Below are positions 48,901-61,700 of a DNA stretch of 64,000 nucleotides, one piece after another. A program made the position numbers and the translations under genes. Each line of letters opens with the position of its first letter. Position 1 is the first letter of the stretch. This DNA is from Antechinus flavipes (Eukaryota), in assembly GCF_016432865.1 (NCBI RefSeq), contig NC_067401.1, forward strand, positions 109,864,001-109,928,000, written 5' to 3'. The notes beneath the pieces were generated by a model that was not told the origin of the DNA, ran no database searches, and saw only the letters and a list, made by a program, of their open reading frames with translations.

Positions 48901-49996
48901 TCCTTAGGAAGAACAAATGTCTAGGAAGCTGGGGTGGATGGGCAATCAAAACATGGAAACGGGAAGTAAGAAAGTGTTAAACGGAAGAGTACAAGGGCAT
49001 GCAGTAAGGAAAGGGGGAGGGAGGTTAGGATGAAGAGAGGTATAGGCCAGATACAGATGGGGAGAGGAAAATTCACAGTCAAAATCTCTGGCCCTTACTG
49101 AATTTCAATGCCCAGATTTCCCTACATCCCACGTCTAAACATTACCATCACCACCCCAACATACTCTTTGTTACCTTCTCTGTACTAGATCAAGCTTGTT
49201 CACCCTCCTTGGAGAGCCACCCTTACCATGGGCATCCAGTGGTCCTCCTGGGATTCCTGTTCCTTTCCCTCAAATACTCACCCAGAATTATGGGAAAGGT
49301 GGCAAAGACCCCACAGCGGAGCGTGTAGATGAGTCGGGAGCTCATGGTGGGCAGCCGGGGGGCATCAAAAGGCAGAAAGGCATAAGCTCCATATAACAGG
49401 CAGGGGAAGAGGATGAGAGCAGCCCCAAAAGAGGCCACGGCCCTCAAGCCGTCGCGGCCACAGCCTCCACAACTCCCACAATGGGAAGAGGGTGCAACTG
49501 CTGCCTCTGCCCATTTCCGTTCAGGGACTTCGGATCGGGCAGCCCGAGGCAACAGAAAAGCCTGGCATTCACCCTCAACCTTTTTGTCACAGTGGACAAT
49601 GAGCTCTTCTTGGGGTCTCCTCTCAATGCACTGTGGGTCAATTGGGACAAATGCTCGAGCTGCTTGTTCAGGCATCAGGTTAATGTCTTCCTCAACTGGC
49701 TCCTCCAACTTTAGCGGTGGTTCAGCTAGAATGGGTTCTTTATCACATCCCTGCCAATCAGGGGTGTCTGGGAAGGGGGCACTGGGCTCAGGGCCAGTAC
49801 CCAGTGATGTCCTCACCCAGGGCAAAGTAGTAGCTTCACTGCCAACCTTCCCAGTCTCATTCTCACAAGGAACAAGCTCTTGCCCATCTTCCCCCTCTGG
49901 TCTGAGTCCATTAGGGATGAGGGGCTGGGGCAAATTCTTCTCAAGGGCATCTTGCCCCTTTATCTCCAGCATAGCCAAGACCTCAGGTTCTGTCAT
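45959..49996 (-). CDS. TMEM79: Transmembrane protein 79 (mattrin), 3 coding exons, 379 aa
   Basis: Minus-strand exons 49996-49282, 48749-48536, 46169-45959; 1140 nt, GT-AG, phases 1 and 2. Contains [41 protein letters not shown] and [12 protein letters not shown]. Confidence 0.97.
46321..46385. mobile_element. Tc1/mariner-derived MITE-like remnant (~65 bp)
   Basis: Imperfect terminal inverted repeats TACGGGATGTCTCAAAAG / CTTTTTGGGACAGCCTG; family assignment from memory of marsupial non-autonomous mariners. Confidence 0.5.
47506..47570. mobile_element. Second mariner-derived MITE-like remnant (~65 bp)
   Basis: CCAGGTGTCTCAGAAGTCTTAGTGTAGTTTT...ACTTCTTGGACACTCTGG; inverted ends similar to the 46321 element. 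Confidence 0.5.
47609..47838 (+). mobile_element. MAR1/CORE-type SINE in the last TMEM79 intron
   Basis: GGCAGCTAGGTGGCTCAGTAG...GAGTTCAAAT...GGAGAAGGAAATGGCAAACC. Confidence 0.8.
48214..48238. repeat. Poly(A) tract (~25 nt)
   Basis: Mononucleotide run inside a CR1/L3 fragment. Confidence 0.9.
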
Positions 49997-51649
49997 GCTG
50001 GTGCATGGAAGGGCCCAAATGCCTAGGTTCTGGGGTATAATACTGGATTGTCGTCACCCTAGGAGGAGCAGAGAGAGATTTTGTTAAGAATCTTCATCAT
50101 AAAGAGAAAGAGAAATTTGGGATCACCATTAGGGGAAAAGGTTGAAAAGAATTGTCATTGATTGCTCCCCTTTGGTGGGCAAAGGTCCCCATACTCTCTT
50201 AAAGATTTTGCCCATGTCAGATAAGCACTGAAGGAAAATGGTCTGCAGGAGATATCTCTGCTTTTCTGGAAATTTAACTCAGATTCCCTCCTAATTTGAC
50301 AATTCTGTATATCTATGATTCTAAGCCTCTTTTCCCCTAAATCTTAAGAATCATTGTGGGTTGGAAAGAAAGTATGGAAAGGAAATTGCAGAACCTGGGA
50401 AGGGGAAACTGAAATAGAATCCTATTTTGACATCTCAGCAAGAAAGGATGACTAAGAGAGACAGAACCCAAGTATCCCTGCTGATTCGGGCCTCTTCCCT
50501 CTTTCCCTCTGTTCACAAAAATGCTGTGATCTTGGCCATGACCATTTACATCAAAGATTGAATGGAGGATACAGTATTTTCAGTCCGTCTTTCTGCCTAC
50601 CACCCAAGGGCCAGAAGCCACCATCCTGTCCCCCCAGCAAACATAGGATCCTGTTCCTTCTAAGGATCTTTCCAGAGATCCAAAAAGCCATACCCTCCCT
50701 TTCCCCCATGGAAAACTGGAGCCACCCAAACTTCCAATCTCCTCCCGGCCGGGTTCTCCCCTCCTCCCCTCCCCCCCCATGAGATTAAGCTGGCTATCAG
50801 AGAAGTGAATAGCACCTATAGAAAAATGCCGATCGTTAGGGTTTAAGAGGCAGGCAGAAATTCAGCCACCACTGCAATAGCCCATTTTAGCCAACTTCCT
50901 ATCTGACTGATAAAGTTTAAGGGTTCAATCGTTGTCCACTTGAGAAATCTATTTCCAACTACTGAACATTTCCTCCCTCCCTTTTCCTATTTCTCCCTCC
51001 TCCTCTCTCCTTTTTCTTCCAATTCCTCACCACTGACTAGGCTGATTGTTTCCCTTTCGTTCTCCATACTTCAACCTCCCGCTCACACCCCAGACCCACA
51101 GGGTCCCTTACTTTCCATCTAGAGAGATACAAGGGAGATCCCGGGGCCCATCCGGGAAAAGAGCTGCTCCAGCTCCCTTCTGGCTCGGCAAGTATTTCTT
51201 CGCTGGTCTCCCTCCCTTTACCTGCAGCTCCAAACCTGTCTGACCAGAGCAGGTGGGGCTGGGATTAAAGGAGAAGGCCCCACCCTCACCCTCTGACAGA
51301 AAGAAAAAAAAAAAGAAGACAAAAGTGAGAGAGAGAAAGGGTCACTGTCCCGAAGGGTGTAGGTGTGGCCACGTTAGGCAGGTTAGGGAACGGTCTATGC
51401 TGGCGGGTCCTGCGCAGGAGACTGGCTAAGAAAATGCTCGGCAAGGACGGGTTTGTGACTGTCCAAATTGGTTTGGGCTGGCTAATATTCCTGTGCAACG
51501 TGTAGGTCCTGGACTGCGAGATGGAAAGACGGGTTCCCATTGCAACGCTTTCCAGACTAGAGACCGGGCTACGTCCCCAGAAGGCTGAACAGCAACCAAG
51601 ACCTCTGTGGGGGGTCTTACAGAAGACCCAGAAATAAGGATTTTTCCTT

Positions 51650-52700
51650 CCCTTTTCCAAAAGTCCTTAAAAAGATCGGAGAAAATCCTATTGGGCTGGG
51701 CTGGGACGGGAGAAGCTAAACCGGGCTGGTCCGGGCTGGTCCGAGTAAGATGACCTCCACCGAATCAGGGAGATTGCTTATAAGATAACTTATCCTCAGA
51801 CTGAAGGTCATGAAGCAGGAGGCACGGAAGGGGAAAATCAATGGAATTAAATCTTTGGAAGATGAGGGGGGTCTTCATCTACTTGAACCAGATTTTAAAA
51901 GTAGAAAAAAAAAGGACTATATGACTATAGGAGAATAAGGTCACAGACAGCCTTCCTGCTACCAGACCCGACCAGCCCTGACCTCTCTTAGCTTCCGCCC
52001 CTCTGCATTGTCTTCTGCCTTTTCCGTCGACTTTGTCAATAAAGTTTTTCTCGGAGCATGAGAAGCTAGAAAAGCGGCCATGTTGCCCAGAGTTAGTATT
52101 GGCAATTCCCTGCCACCGGAAGAGATAGGATGTCGCGAGATCTGGCGACAGTGAAGTTGCTGGCGTGGTGGCGCTGTTCTCGCGAGACTTGGTGGCCGGA
52201 GGAGGAGCCGTCGCGGGCAGCCGCCTCACAGCGATGGCGGCCGAGCAGGGCCGGCGGCGGTGGCGGCGGCGGCTTCGGCCGGAGACGGCGGCAGTGGCGG
52301 CGGGTGGCGGGGGCTTGTAACCGGGAGCTGCCCCCGGGCCCCGGGCACCATGAGCCAGGGCCCCCCCGCAGCGGAGAGCAGTGAGCCCGAGGCCAAGGTC
52401 CTGCATACTAAGCGGCTTTACCGGTGAGAGGGACCGGGGCGGGAGAGGACCCGCTGGAGGGGGGGTAGGGGTACGAAGGGGGGAAGAAGGGGGGAGGGGG
52501 GTAAAAGACAGGCGAGGGCGGGACCACGTTGAAGGGGCGGGATCTTCAAGGAAAGGGTTCAAATGGAGAAGGGTAGAATTTTTGGAGGGAGCTGGGAGGG
52601 GCGGGACTTTCGATCTTTGGGTTAGGGTCTAAGAGTGTAGTTGGGGTGGGAGATGGCTTGGACACGTGGAGGAAATGTGGGGCGGCCTGGGGGTTGGGAC
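51650..52700. promoter_or_regulatory. SMG5/TMEM79 bidirectional CpG-island promoter
   Basis: BANP/ZBTB33-type TCTCGCGAGA at 52178-52187 and TGTCGCGAGA at 52131-52140; ETS CCGGAAG at 52116-52122; ATTGG at ~52098 and ~51690. Confidence 0.85.
52234..52320 (+). other. Upstream ORF (28 aa) in the SMG5 5' leader
   Basis: GCG-ATG-G strong context; MAAEQGRRRWRRRLRPETAAVAAGGGGL*; TAA ends 29 nt before the main ATG; out of frame with SMG5. Confidence 0.6.
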
Positions 52701-55700
52701 CGAGTCCCCCGGAGGAGTTGGAGTAAGAAGATAAAAATAGGGCTTGAGCAGTGTTGGTGACACTGAGATCCTTGGCATTCCTCCGGTGGGAAGGAAGGGG
52801 CGGGGGGGCCTCCAACCTGCAAGAGAAAACTCAGAAAGGAAATCTGGGGGGGCCTCTGGGAACTGGAAGGCTGTCCTCTATTGGACGTAGGCATTAGGGA
52901 AGTGTAAGAAGTGGTGGATGGGTGTACTTGAGGGGCCCCTGCAGGCTTTGGGGTCCTTTTTTCTCAGCCTTATGGCTGATTCCACATACTTTATGCCAGT
53001 CTCTGATTTACAAGCTCACGGTCATGATTTTCATCCTTTCCTGGGAGAAGAGCAGGTCCCCTTCCCACTCAGTAAGTGTATTGGGGAGACAGGGAGGGGA
53101 GGTTGACATAATTGGGTCCCTTGTGGGGTCAGGGTGATGCTGCAGTTAAGTTTTTTCCATCCCTGAACTGTAGTTGCTCTTTGCAGTCGGCTTTGGTTTG
53201 GAGGCTCAGGACAGGAGAAGACAAATCCTCATATTCTCAGGCTGCATCCCAGCAGCAGAGTGGAAGCTTATTGTGTCTTCTTCTGCAAGTGGGCATTGTG
53301 CCTGTTTCAGCTGTGCCAGCCAGAGGGCATGGGGAGATACAAGCTGCTCCAAAAATAGTCCAGTGACCAAATTCAGCAGCCCAAAGGCTCCCACCTTGAG
53401 CTGCCCCTCAGCAGTCCCCGAGTGCATGAAGAGCAGGCTGGGGGTGGCACATGTGTCTCCAGTGCTGCCGGGTGTCAGCGCTGCCTGTCACACAAAGCGT
53501 GGGCAGGCATTGGGCGAGACTTCTCTAATCTCCTGCACCTGGTAGTTGTTCTGACCCTCTTCTGAATCATCCAGAATCTAGTCCCTTCTAAAAACCACCA
53601 CTTTGAAAAGCTCAAACTGGTTTGTTAGTACATGTATGTGCAGATAGTGGAGTTCCATTCCTGTGCGTGGCTTCATACTTGAAGTTTGAGGCTATATGTA
53701 GCAAAGGCGTTTGGCAAAAGAGCTGGGAATAAGATGTCTTTTTAAATTCTGTACAGAGGAATGATTCCTTGTCTAAGTGTAGGACCTATATCTCTGACCC
53801 TCAATTTCTTTAGAGGTAAAGAAAGGAGCTACCCCAATCCATTTGAATTAATGAGTAAGCAGGGAAAGGGATATTGGAAGTGACGTAGGAGCACTCTACT
53901 AAGGTACTCCTTTCTTGACATACACATATACATACACATACACATGTTAAGTCAGCAAGCATTTTAAAAGTTCTAAGCCCTGGGGATGAAAAGGAAAAAA
54001 CAAGCTGCTTTCAGGGATGATACATTCTATGGGGGAACACCACAAATATATAGAGAATGCATATATTCAAAGGAGAGACAAGGTAGCCTTACAGGGGAAG
54101 GTACCAACAACTGGGGGAAACTAAGAAAGGCCTCCTTCAATTTGAGCTGAGTCTTTAAAGAAGTCTGAGATTCTGAGAGGCAGAAGTGAGAAAGGAGAAC
54201 ATTCTAGACCTGGGGAACAGCCAGTGCATTCACGGAAACAGAGATGTAGCATGAGTCAGGAACAGCAAATAGGCCAGTCTGGCTAGATCATGGAATGTGT
54301 GAAGGAGGGAATGTGTAAAAAGACTGAAAAGATGGGAAGAAGGCAGAGAGTTTTATATACCTAAAAGGATTTTATTCTGTTTTAGAGGCAATAAAGAGTA
54401 CCTGAAATTTATTGGATAATGGGTATTAATCAGATTGTCACCTTAGAAAAATCACTTTGGCAGCGGTATGAAAAAATGTATCAGATTAAAGGGAAAATGG
54501 AGGGAGATTGCAATGATCCAGACAAGTTTTTGGGGGGACCTAAACATCTGTAACATGTAAACATCTGCCGTATGAGTGAAGAGGACATATCCAAAACATG
54601 TGGCAATAAAAATCACAAATTTTGGCAACTAATAGATTATATGTAGAACATGAGGAATTGAAAGTGTCACCAATACGGCAAATGTGAGTGACTGTTATGA
54701 TGCTGGCAACCCTAGCAATAATAAGGAAGTTTGAAAGAGCCTTGGCTTTGGAAGGAACAACAATGGGTTTGGGTTTGGACATACTGAGTTTGAGATTCCA
54801 TGAAATGGGATGTCTATTTTGAAAGATCCAAAGGCCAGTTGATGGTACAGAACTGGAACTCAAGACAGAGGGATTGGGGCTGGATATATAGATCTGAGAG
54901 TCATCTCCGTAGATAATTAAACCTCCTTGGGACTTTCTGAGATCACCAAATGAGAGAGCATAGCGAGAAAGAGAAAAGGGCCTAAGAAAGAGCGTTGGGG
55001 CAAACTCAGTAGTGGATATCAATTGAACATGGATGAAAATCCAGCAAAGAAGTGGTCATATAGCTAGGAAAGCCAAACAGATTATGAAAACCCAGAGAGG
55101 GGACAGTATGTTAGAATAAAACAATTGATGACAATAGTTGGGATCCTGCGTAGACAATTATTGATGCAGGATGAAGTGCTGCCAGAAGTCCTCCTGTCCC
55201 TTTCCTCGATATTAGGTGCCTCTTGGATTGCCTATTAAAAGACCTTGATAGCCATTTAGCCAGGTGCTGGCAGCTACCCTGCTGGCACCAAAACAGCTAT
55301 CTAGGTGCCAGGCCACTGACAGTGAGACAGAAGTGGGGAATAGAATTTAGTCTGCTTAGGAGTCTTGGCAGGGCTGGTCTTTGCCTCCAGTGAACACAGA
55401 GGAACAATAAAGACTACAACTACGACCCCCTCCACAACCCAAAGACAAAGTAGTTGAGGTGAGAGCTATTCTGCTTGTTAGTAGAATATTACTCTTAAGT
55501 CCTCTCTCCTCACCAATCCTCTAAGTTGCTATTCTAAAACTAAAACGGGGCTTCTTAAACTTTTCCCTTTTTCTTCCAAGAAATTTTTTTGTGGTTGTAG
55601 ATACATACGTATGTAAAATAGGTATACAAATCAAACATTTACTGATAATAAGTTATAATTTTGCAACTCCCACATCCAGTTACAACCACATATGAAGCTT

Positions 55701-58700
55701 TGCTCTAAAGCAAAGCAAGATACTGAGAATGGTTTTTCTTTGTGACTAAGAGATGATAGGTTTACAAAGGATAGCTTCCAAGGATTCTTCAGTTTGAATC
55801 GTGCCTCCCTTAATCTTTTCCCTTTTTCCTAATCCTTGTTCTTTTACCCATGTCACCCCTTCCTCATGGCCCAAAGTTTGTCTATCTTATATTCCCCTGC
55901 AGGGCAGTGGTGGAGGCTGTGCATCGACTTGACCTCATCCTTTGCAACAAAACTGCTTACCAAGAAGTGTTCAAACCAGAGAACATTAGCCTAAGGAACA
56001 AGTAAGCTGGGCCAGCCTCTGAACAACAAATTCCTGGTTCTCCTTTCCTTCCACCCCTTACTCCCATCCCATTTACCTTATAAGCCACATCAAATTTTGA
56101 AGTATGCTGATAGCCTGATAAGAAAGACTGTCATCTTGTTGCCCAAGTTCTCTGGTTTTTCTGAAGGGGGGAAGAGAGAAAACAGGAAACGGTTCCCAGA
56201 GTTTGTCCTCCTTTCACCTTCAGTTTCCATATCCCATAGAGTAGAGATAGGAATCATATTTGAATCATGAAGAACTGCCTATATTTCACCCTGGAGTGAA
56301 GGAGAAAAAAAGAAAAATTGGAGGAAAAGAACAGTATGCTAGGGAGAAGGGTGGTTTATTGAAATTCTTACATGTCTTTTGGGATTCGGTTTTTTGGGAA
56401 CATTGATACACAGTATCATTTTAGACTTTGTCTCTTAAGTGAGAGCACAGTCATATGTATAGTAGGTATGTTATCAAATGTCTCCTTGTAGCCATTTCAT
56501 CTCTTCAGACAACTTCCGACAACTTTGTTACTCCCATCCTGCCCCCTCCTAGGCTTCGTGAACTCTGTGTCAAGCTTATGTTCCTGCATCCAGTGGATTA
56601 TGGGAGGAAAGCAGAGGAGCTGCTATGGAGGAAGGTGTACTATGAGGTTATCCAGCTTATCAAGACCAACAAAAAGGTAAGAGGAGAGGTAGAGCTGGGG
56701 GAGGAAAGATGGTGAAAGAGAGGGAAAGCCAGTTGAAGGCCAAAGAGGGTGGGAGAGAGGACATGGAATACTGTCCAGAGGGTAGGGAAGGAGCCTGTGG
56801 CAAACATAGTTGGGAATCAAGAGGAAGTAATATCACTCTGGAATTAAAGAGTTAGGGGAGGAAGATAACCAGTGCTGGAGAACAGAACTGAGATGGAGGG
56901 GGTAGAAAAATGTTCTGGTTGTGGTGAGGGTAAACTTCATCCTGGGATTTAAAACTATAGGCATATTCCCCCTGTGTAAGAGGCCAGGGTGGTGGGGGGC
57001 GGTGCCCTGAGCCCTTTGCTTAGCCGGCCCCTCCCCTTCCCTGATCCACCTGCCCCCCAGCACATCCACAGCCGGAGCACCTTGGAATGTGCCTACAGGA
57101 CACACCTGGTTGCTGGTATTGGCTTCTACCAGCATCTCCTCCTCTACATCCAGTCCCACTACCAGCTTGAACTGCAATGCTGCATTGACTGGACTCATGT
57201 CACCGACCCTCTAATAGGTCAGTGAGTCTCAAGGACTTCTCTTTTAGTGGGAGGTGGAATGTGGGCTAGGAGAGCATGTCACATACCCTTTATAGAAATT
57301 GTATCAAAATTTGAGGATGAAGTTCTGCTGGTTTTTAAAAATGGTAAGATTCTGAAGTAAAAACAAAACAAAAACAGTGATATAGATGTTAAAATCTAAA
57401 GTAACGGAAGGGACTCCCCATTCATTTGGGATGGTTGGTGGCAGCCTGACTTAGGGAAGGGGAAATGAAAGGATGGCTTTGGGTAACTCTGGGTCTCACA
57501 AAGTATATTGATCCTTTTTTTAGCCAGAGCCTTTTTGTTTTTCCCTTTTCATTTTGGGAATTATCTTCCAGTGTTTATTTAAGAAAACTTTTGGAAATTA
57601 CTAATAGATATTTTCCAGAGTACCACAAATTTCTGTTCTGCCAACAGATATGCTGGCAACTATTATCCTTAACCCCTTCCTAGGTTGGCTGTTTGCTTTC
57701 CAAAGAGTTAGGCTTTCTTCTCTCTGTCGACCTCACCTACTTTCCCCATTAAAAGATTGACAATCCAGATAGATAACTCGCCAGTTTTTGAACTTTTTAT
57801 AGACTGATTGTTTAAGGCAGAAGACATTAAAAAGACTTATTCATACCTTTTGCTTTTATATAAAGTTAATTTCTAATTGTACTCCTTCCTCTTTCCCATT
57901 CAGGAGGTTTTCTGTAGACAAAAGATTTTAAAAATCCAGCAAGCTAGTTCTCCAACTTATTCTTTAAAAAAATTAATTTCTCGATACTGATTTGTTCAGC
58001 TTGTTGCTCTTCCATTAACGTTTTTCCCCTTTCTGTAGCTCCCAACCTAACATGTCTGGTTTCCTAAAACAGGAAGGCACATGAACAAGGGAAGGGAGAT
58101 AAAGAGGATTTCTTTCTCCCCAAAATCAGTAGCTCTCAGAATTGAGGATCAAAGCAACTCAAAAGAAAGGTTCTAAGAACTTTTATTAACTCAAAGAGTA
58201 CTTGTTGACTATGCTACCATCATCCCCTGGTTACTAGAATCTGTCAGTTCCCTCCTCTCTGACCACATTCATCTGTGGTCAAAAATCCATTAGCCAAAAT
58301 CATCTTCCTCTAGCATGAGATAATTATTTTGTCTGGCTCCAAAACCTGTATTGGGTGCATCTGTATCTTGTCTCTAATATCAGGTCCTTAATTTAGGTTC
58401 CCAGGCTTTCTTCTATTAGTTCCCCCTCTTTCATCCTTAGGTCCTCTCCTCTTCTCATTTTTCAAATAAATGTTAACTCGTTTTTAGATTTTCTGGTTCA
58501 GCAAGGCAAACCTGCTCCAAATTTCTTCCCTCCCCCCTTCTAAATCTTCGAATAGGTCAGTCCTTGCTCACATCTTCCCACTCCATCCATCTGAACCATA
58601 TTTCAACCTCTTCTCTTCCAAGAAACTTCCTCAGAGTGAAATCTCTAGGTTTGTTCCCCCTAGTTCCAACCTAGTCTCCTAATAATGCTATCCAAAATCC

Positions 58701-61700
58701 TGGCAAAGTCCATGCTTGTCTCTCAGTGTCCTAGGATATGTTCCTTCCTACCTGTTGGCCAGGGGAGTTCCCAGTGACAAATACTGCTTCCTTTTTCTGG
58801 ATCTTTTCCTTCTACCCCTACTCTTTCCCTTCCCCCAACCCCACCCCTCCAGTGCCTAGGAAAGGGCTCTCACTTACAAGTCATGGTACAGACATGAGGA
58901 GATGTCAGAGAATAGACTCAAAGATTTTTCTCCCTCAGGTTGTAAGAAGCCAGTATCTGCCTCAGGGAAAGAGATGGACTGGGCTCAGATGGCTTGCCAC
59001 CGATGTCTGGTGTATCTGGGAGATTTGTGTAAGAATCTGCATCTTTTTTTTTTTCCTTACATCTTTTCTTTTTAGCTACAGGGAACAGTCAGGCCCTGGA
59101 ATAAGAGCTAAACTGCTTACATTTTTGCCTTTTTGCCTGGTATATTATGTGGTCTAGAACTTTAACCTCTGATTCTACTTCTTCCCCATTTGTGCTAACT
59201 CCATTTCCCCACTATCTTTCAATAATGCAGAAAAGGTTAGTGAGTGATGAGGAAGAAAAGAAAGTAGATTTAAAGTTAGAGTTTTTCCATGGTAGGTTAG
59301 AGACAGTTTAATTTTATATTTATCATTTCAATGCTGATGTTTTTTTGTCCCTGTGAATTATTGTGTGGGAATAAGGGAATAACTGTCTTCCTTCATGGAA
59401 CCTCAGATATACTAGCTCTATATCAGAGAAGAAGTGGCAGGTTTCATTAAGAACTTCCTCACTCTCAAAAGAGTGTCCACTTCTATCTCCTTTCTCCAGC
59501 CTAGACAATAAATTATTAAGTAGCCAAAACTGTTATCTGTTTTGTGGATTTTTCGCTGCAATTGTGTAATCCTTGGCTTGCTCTGTCCCCAACTCAATGT
59601 TGTGTATGCTTAGGAAATATAAACCATGTAAGATGAGCCTAAGCAAAGCATATTTAGGAAAATTAAATATACTGTCTTTTCTTTCCCATCCTTGTCCCCA
59701 CTCCTTACTTCCAGCCATATAATATATTCCAAAACCAAGTAGAAATTTTGCAGGTTGTCCATTGGCTCGGATTATCCTTGATAACAGTTTTTGCCATCTC
59801 CCATTCATAAATCGATAATAATAATTAGCTCTCCCTCTTCTTTCTCTCTTGCTTATTAACCTCCCTTCCCCATATTCACTTATGTTATGGATCATTTATC
59901 AAGTTGGGGGAGGATATTGAGCAACTTATCCGCAGTCACAGTATACTGGACCCAAGGTATAAACTGCATTTCAGCTCAGGTTTCTTTATCTTTTGCTGCA
60001 CCCACCCTGAATGAGTTCTGAGATGAAGGGAAGTTTCCTTTGAAAGTAAGGAGCTAATGCTAACTTTCAACTTCATCATTTTCCCCCAGCCCGATATCAA
60101 AACGAATTAGCTGGTGTGGACACAGAGCAACTAGCTGAGAGATTCTATTACCAAGCCTTGTCCGTGGCACCTCAGATAGGTAAGTGTTGTTCCATTTGTT
60201 CTCCTGATTCAGCATCATCTTGATTGTAAGAAAATTTCTAAATCAATAAACACGTTGCAAATTGAGCTCCCTTTAAAGGTTGAAATTAGATCAGGAAGCT
60301 GTTCAAACTTTTTTTCTCCCTTTCTCTCCCTTGACCTCTATAGCTTTATAACTTCAACTTCTGTTGACAAATGTTTCTCTTGGTATTTACTTTGCCTTGC
60401 TTTAGTTTCTCTCTACTGCTGCCTCCTTATGTTAAAGAGGTTTCTAGATCCATCACATCCATGATTATAACTCTTTGAAGGAAGATTCTCTGGAGAAAGA
60501 GATATATTTGGCTTATTACCATTGAATGGAGAAGGGACAAAACCATTCTAATGGAAGGGATGGAAATTAACAGGAAAGATGGCCTGGACAAAAAAGAAAA
60601 ATTGCAAAATGGAATGGTGAAAGAGATATAGGAACTGGGCCTCACCTGGAAGAACAGAAGCAAAATGGAATGCCTTAGACCACATGTAGGAAGTAAGGGA
60701 CTCAGCTTCTGAAGGGAAGAAGCAGGGGAATTGAAGTTGGACAGAAGTGAAAAAAGAGAGAAAACAAAATTAACTTCTCATTACCAAAAGGAGAATTTCT
60801 CCTCGGCATTTAGTTGTCCTTCCATCTATTTTCTGTTCTCAGTAGTTAGTTATTTGGGTTAGTCTTCCATTTCTTGGTCAAGGCATTTTGACTTTAGCCT
60901 ATCTGATTATTTTCCTTACCAGGTATGCCCTTCAATCAGCTGGGTACCCTGGCAGGCAGCAAGTATTACAACGTAGAAGCCATGTATTGCTACCTGAGGT
61001 GGTGAGTAAACTCCTCCATGCAGGTGTGTGAGTATGTATATGTGTCCATCCCTTCATTAGGAGCCTTAGAATTCTGAAACTTGAATCAAGGTATAATATA
61101 AATCAAATTAGTTCCTTACTATATTGAGTTCATAGGATTAAAATTTTGTTTGTTATGTTGGCCATATCATAGTACACAATCTATACCTAAATGGAGTTTT
61201 GGCCTTCTGTAAACTTGCAGAAGATTTAGGAGCAGACACATGTGATGAATGGAACCAAATAAAAATGACAGCATTTAACCAAGAAAAAATGCTAAAATAT
61301 GTATTAAAGTATTATATAGATTCAAAGTTAATGTGTTTTAGGAACAGAAATGTGTTCATGGTTAGGTAGGGAAAAATAGCTTTGGTTTTACCATTTTCTG
61401 GCAGGGGAGTCAGAGGAAGGTAAGACATGTTCTTTGTCTGATTCATCTGGGAAGTCATTTTAAAAGAGGTGAAATTTTTGGTTTGGCATTTTCTTTTTCC
61501 TCATGGCACTAATCTCCAGATCCAGAGTTGGCTGGACATGGAAGGTTAGAAGGAGAGCAATTTGTGGTTATTGGTGCTTCTTTCCTCATGTAATAGAGTC
61601 TCTTTTCCCAAAATCTTAAGAGTCCTTACTTTGTTTTTTCCTCTTAGTCAAATTAAAACTATAATGTTTTTTCCTCTCCCTTAGCATCCAATCAGAAGTG

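Noticed and set aside
49413-50087. 224-aa plus-strand ORF
   Set aside because: Antisense shadow of the GC-rich first coding exon of TMEM79, with no independent support.
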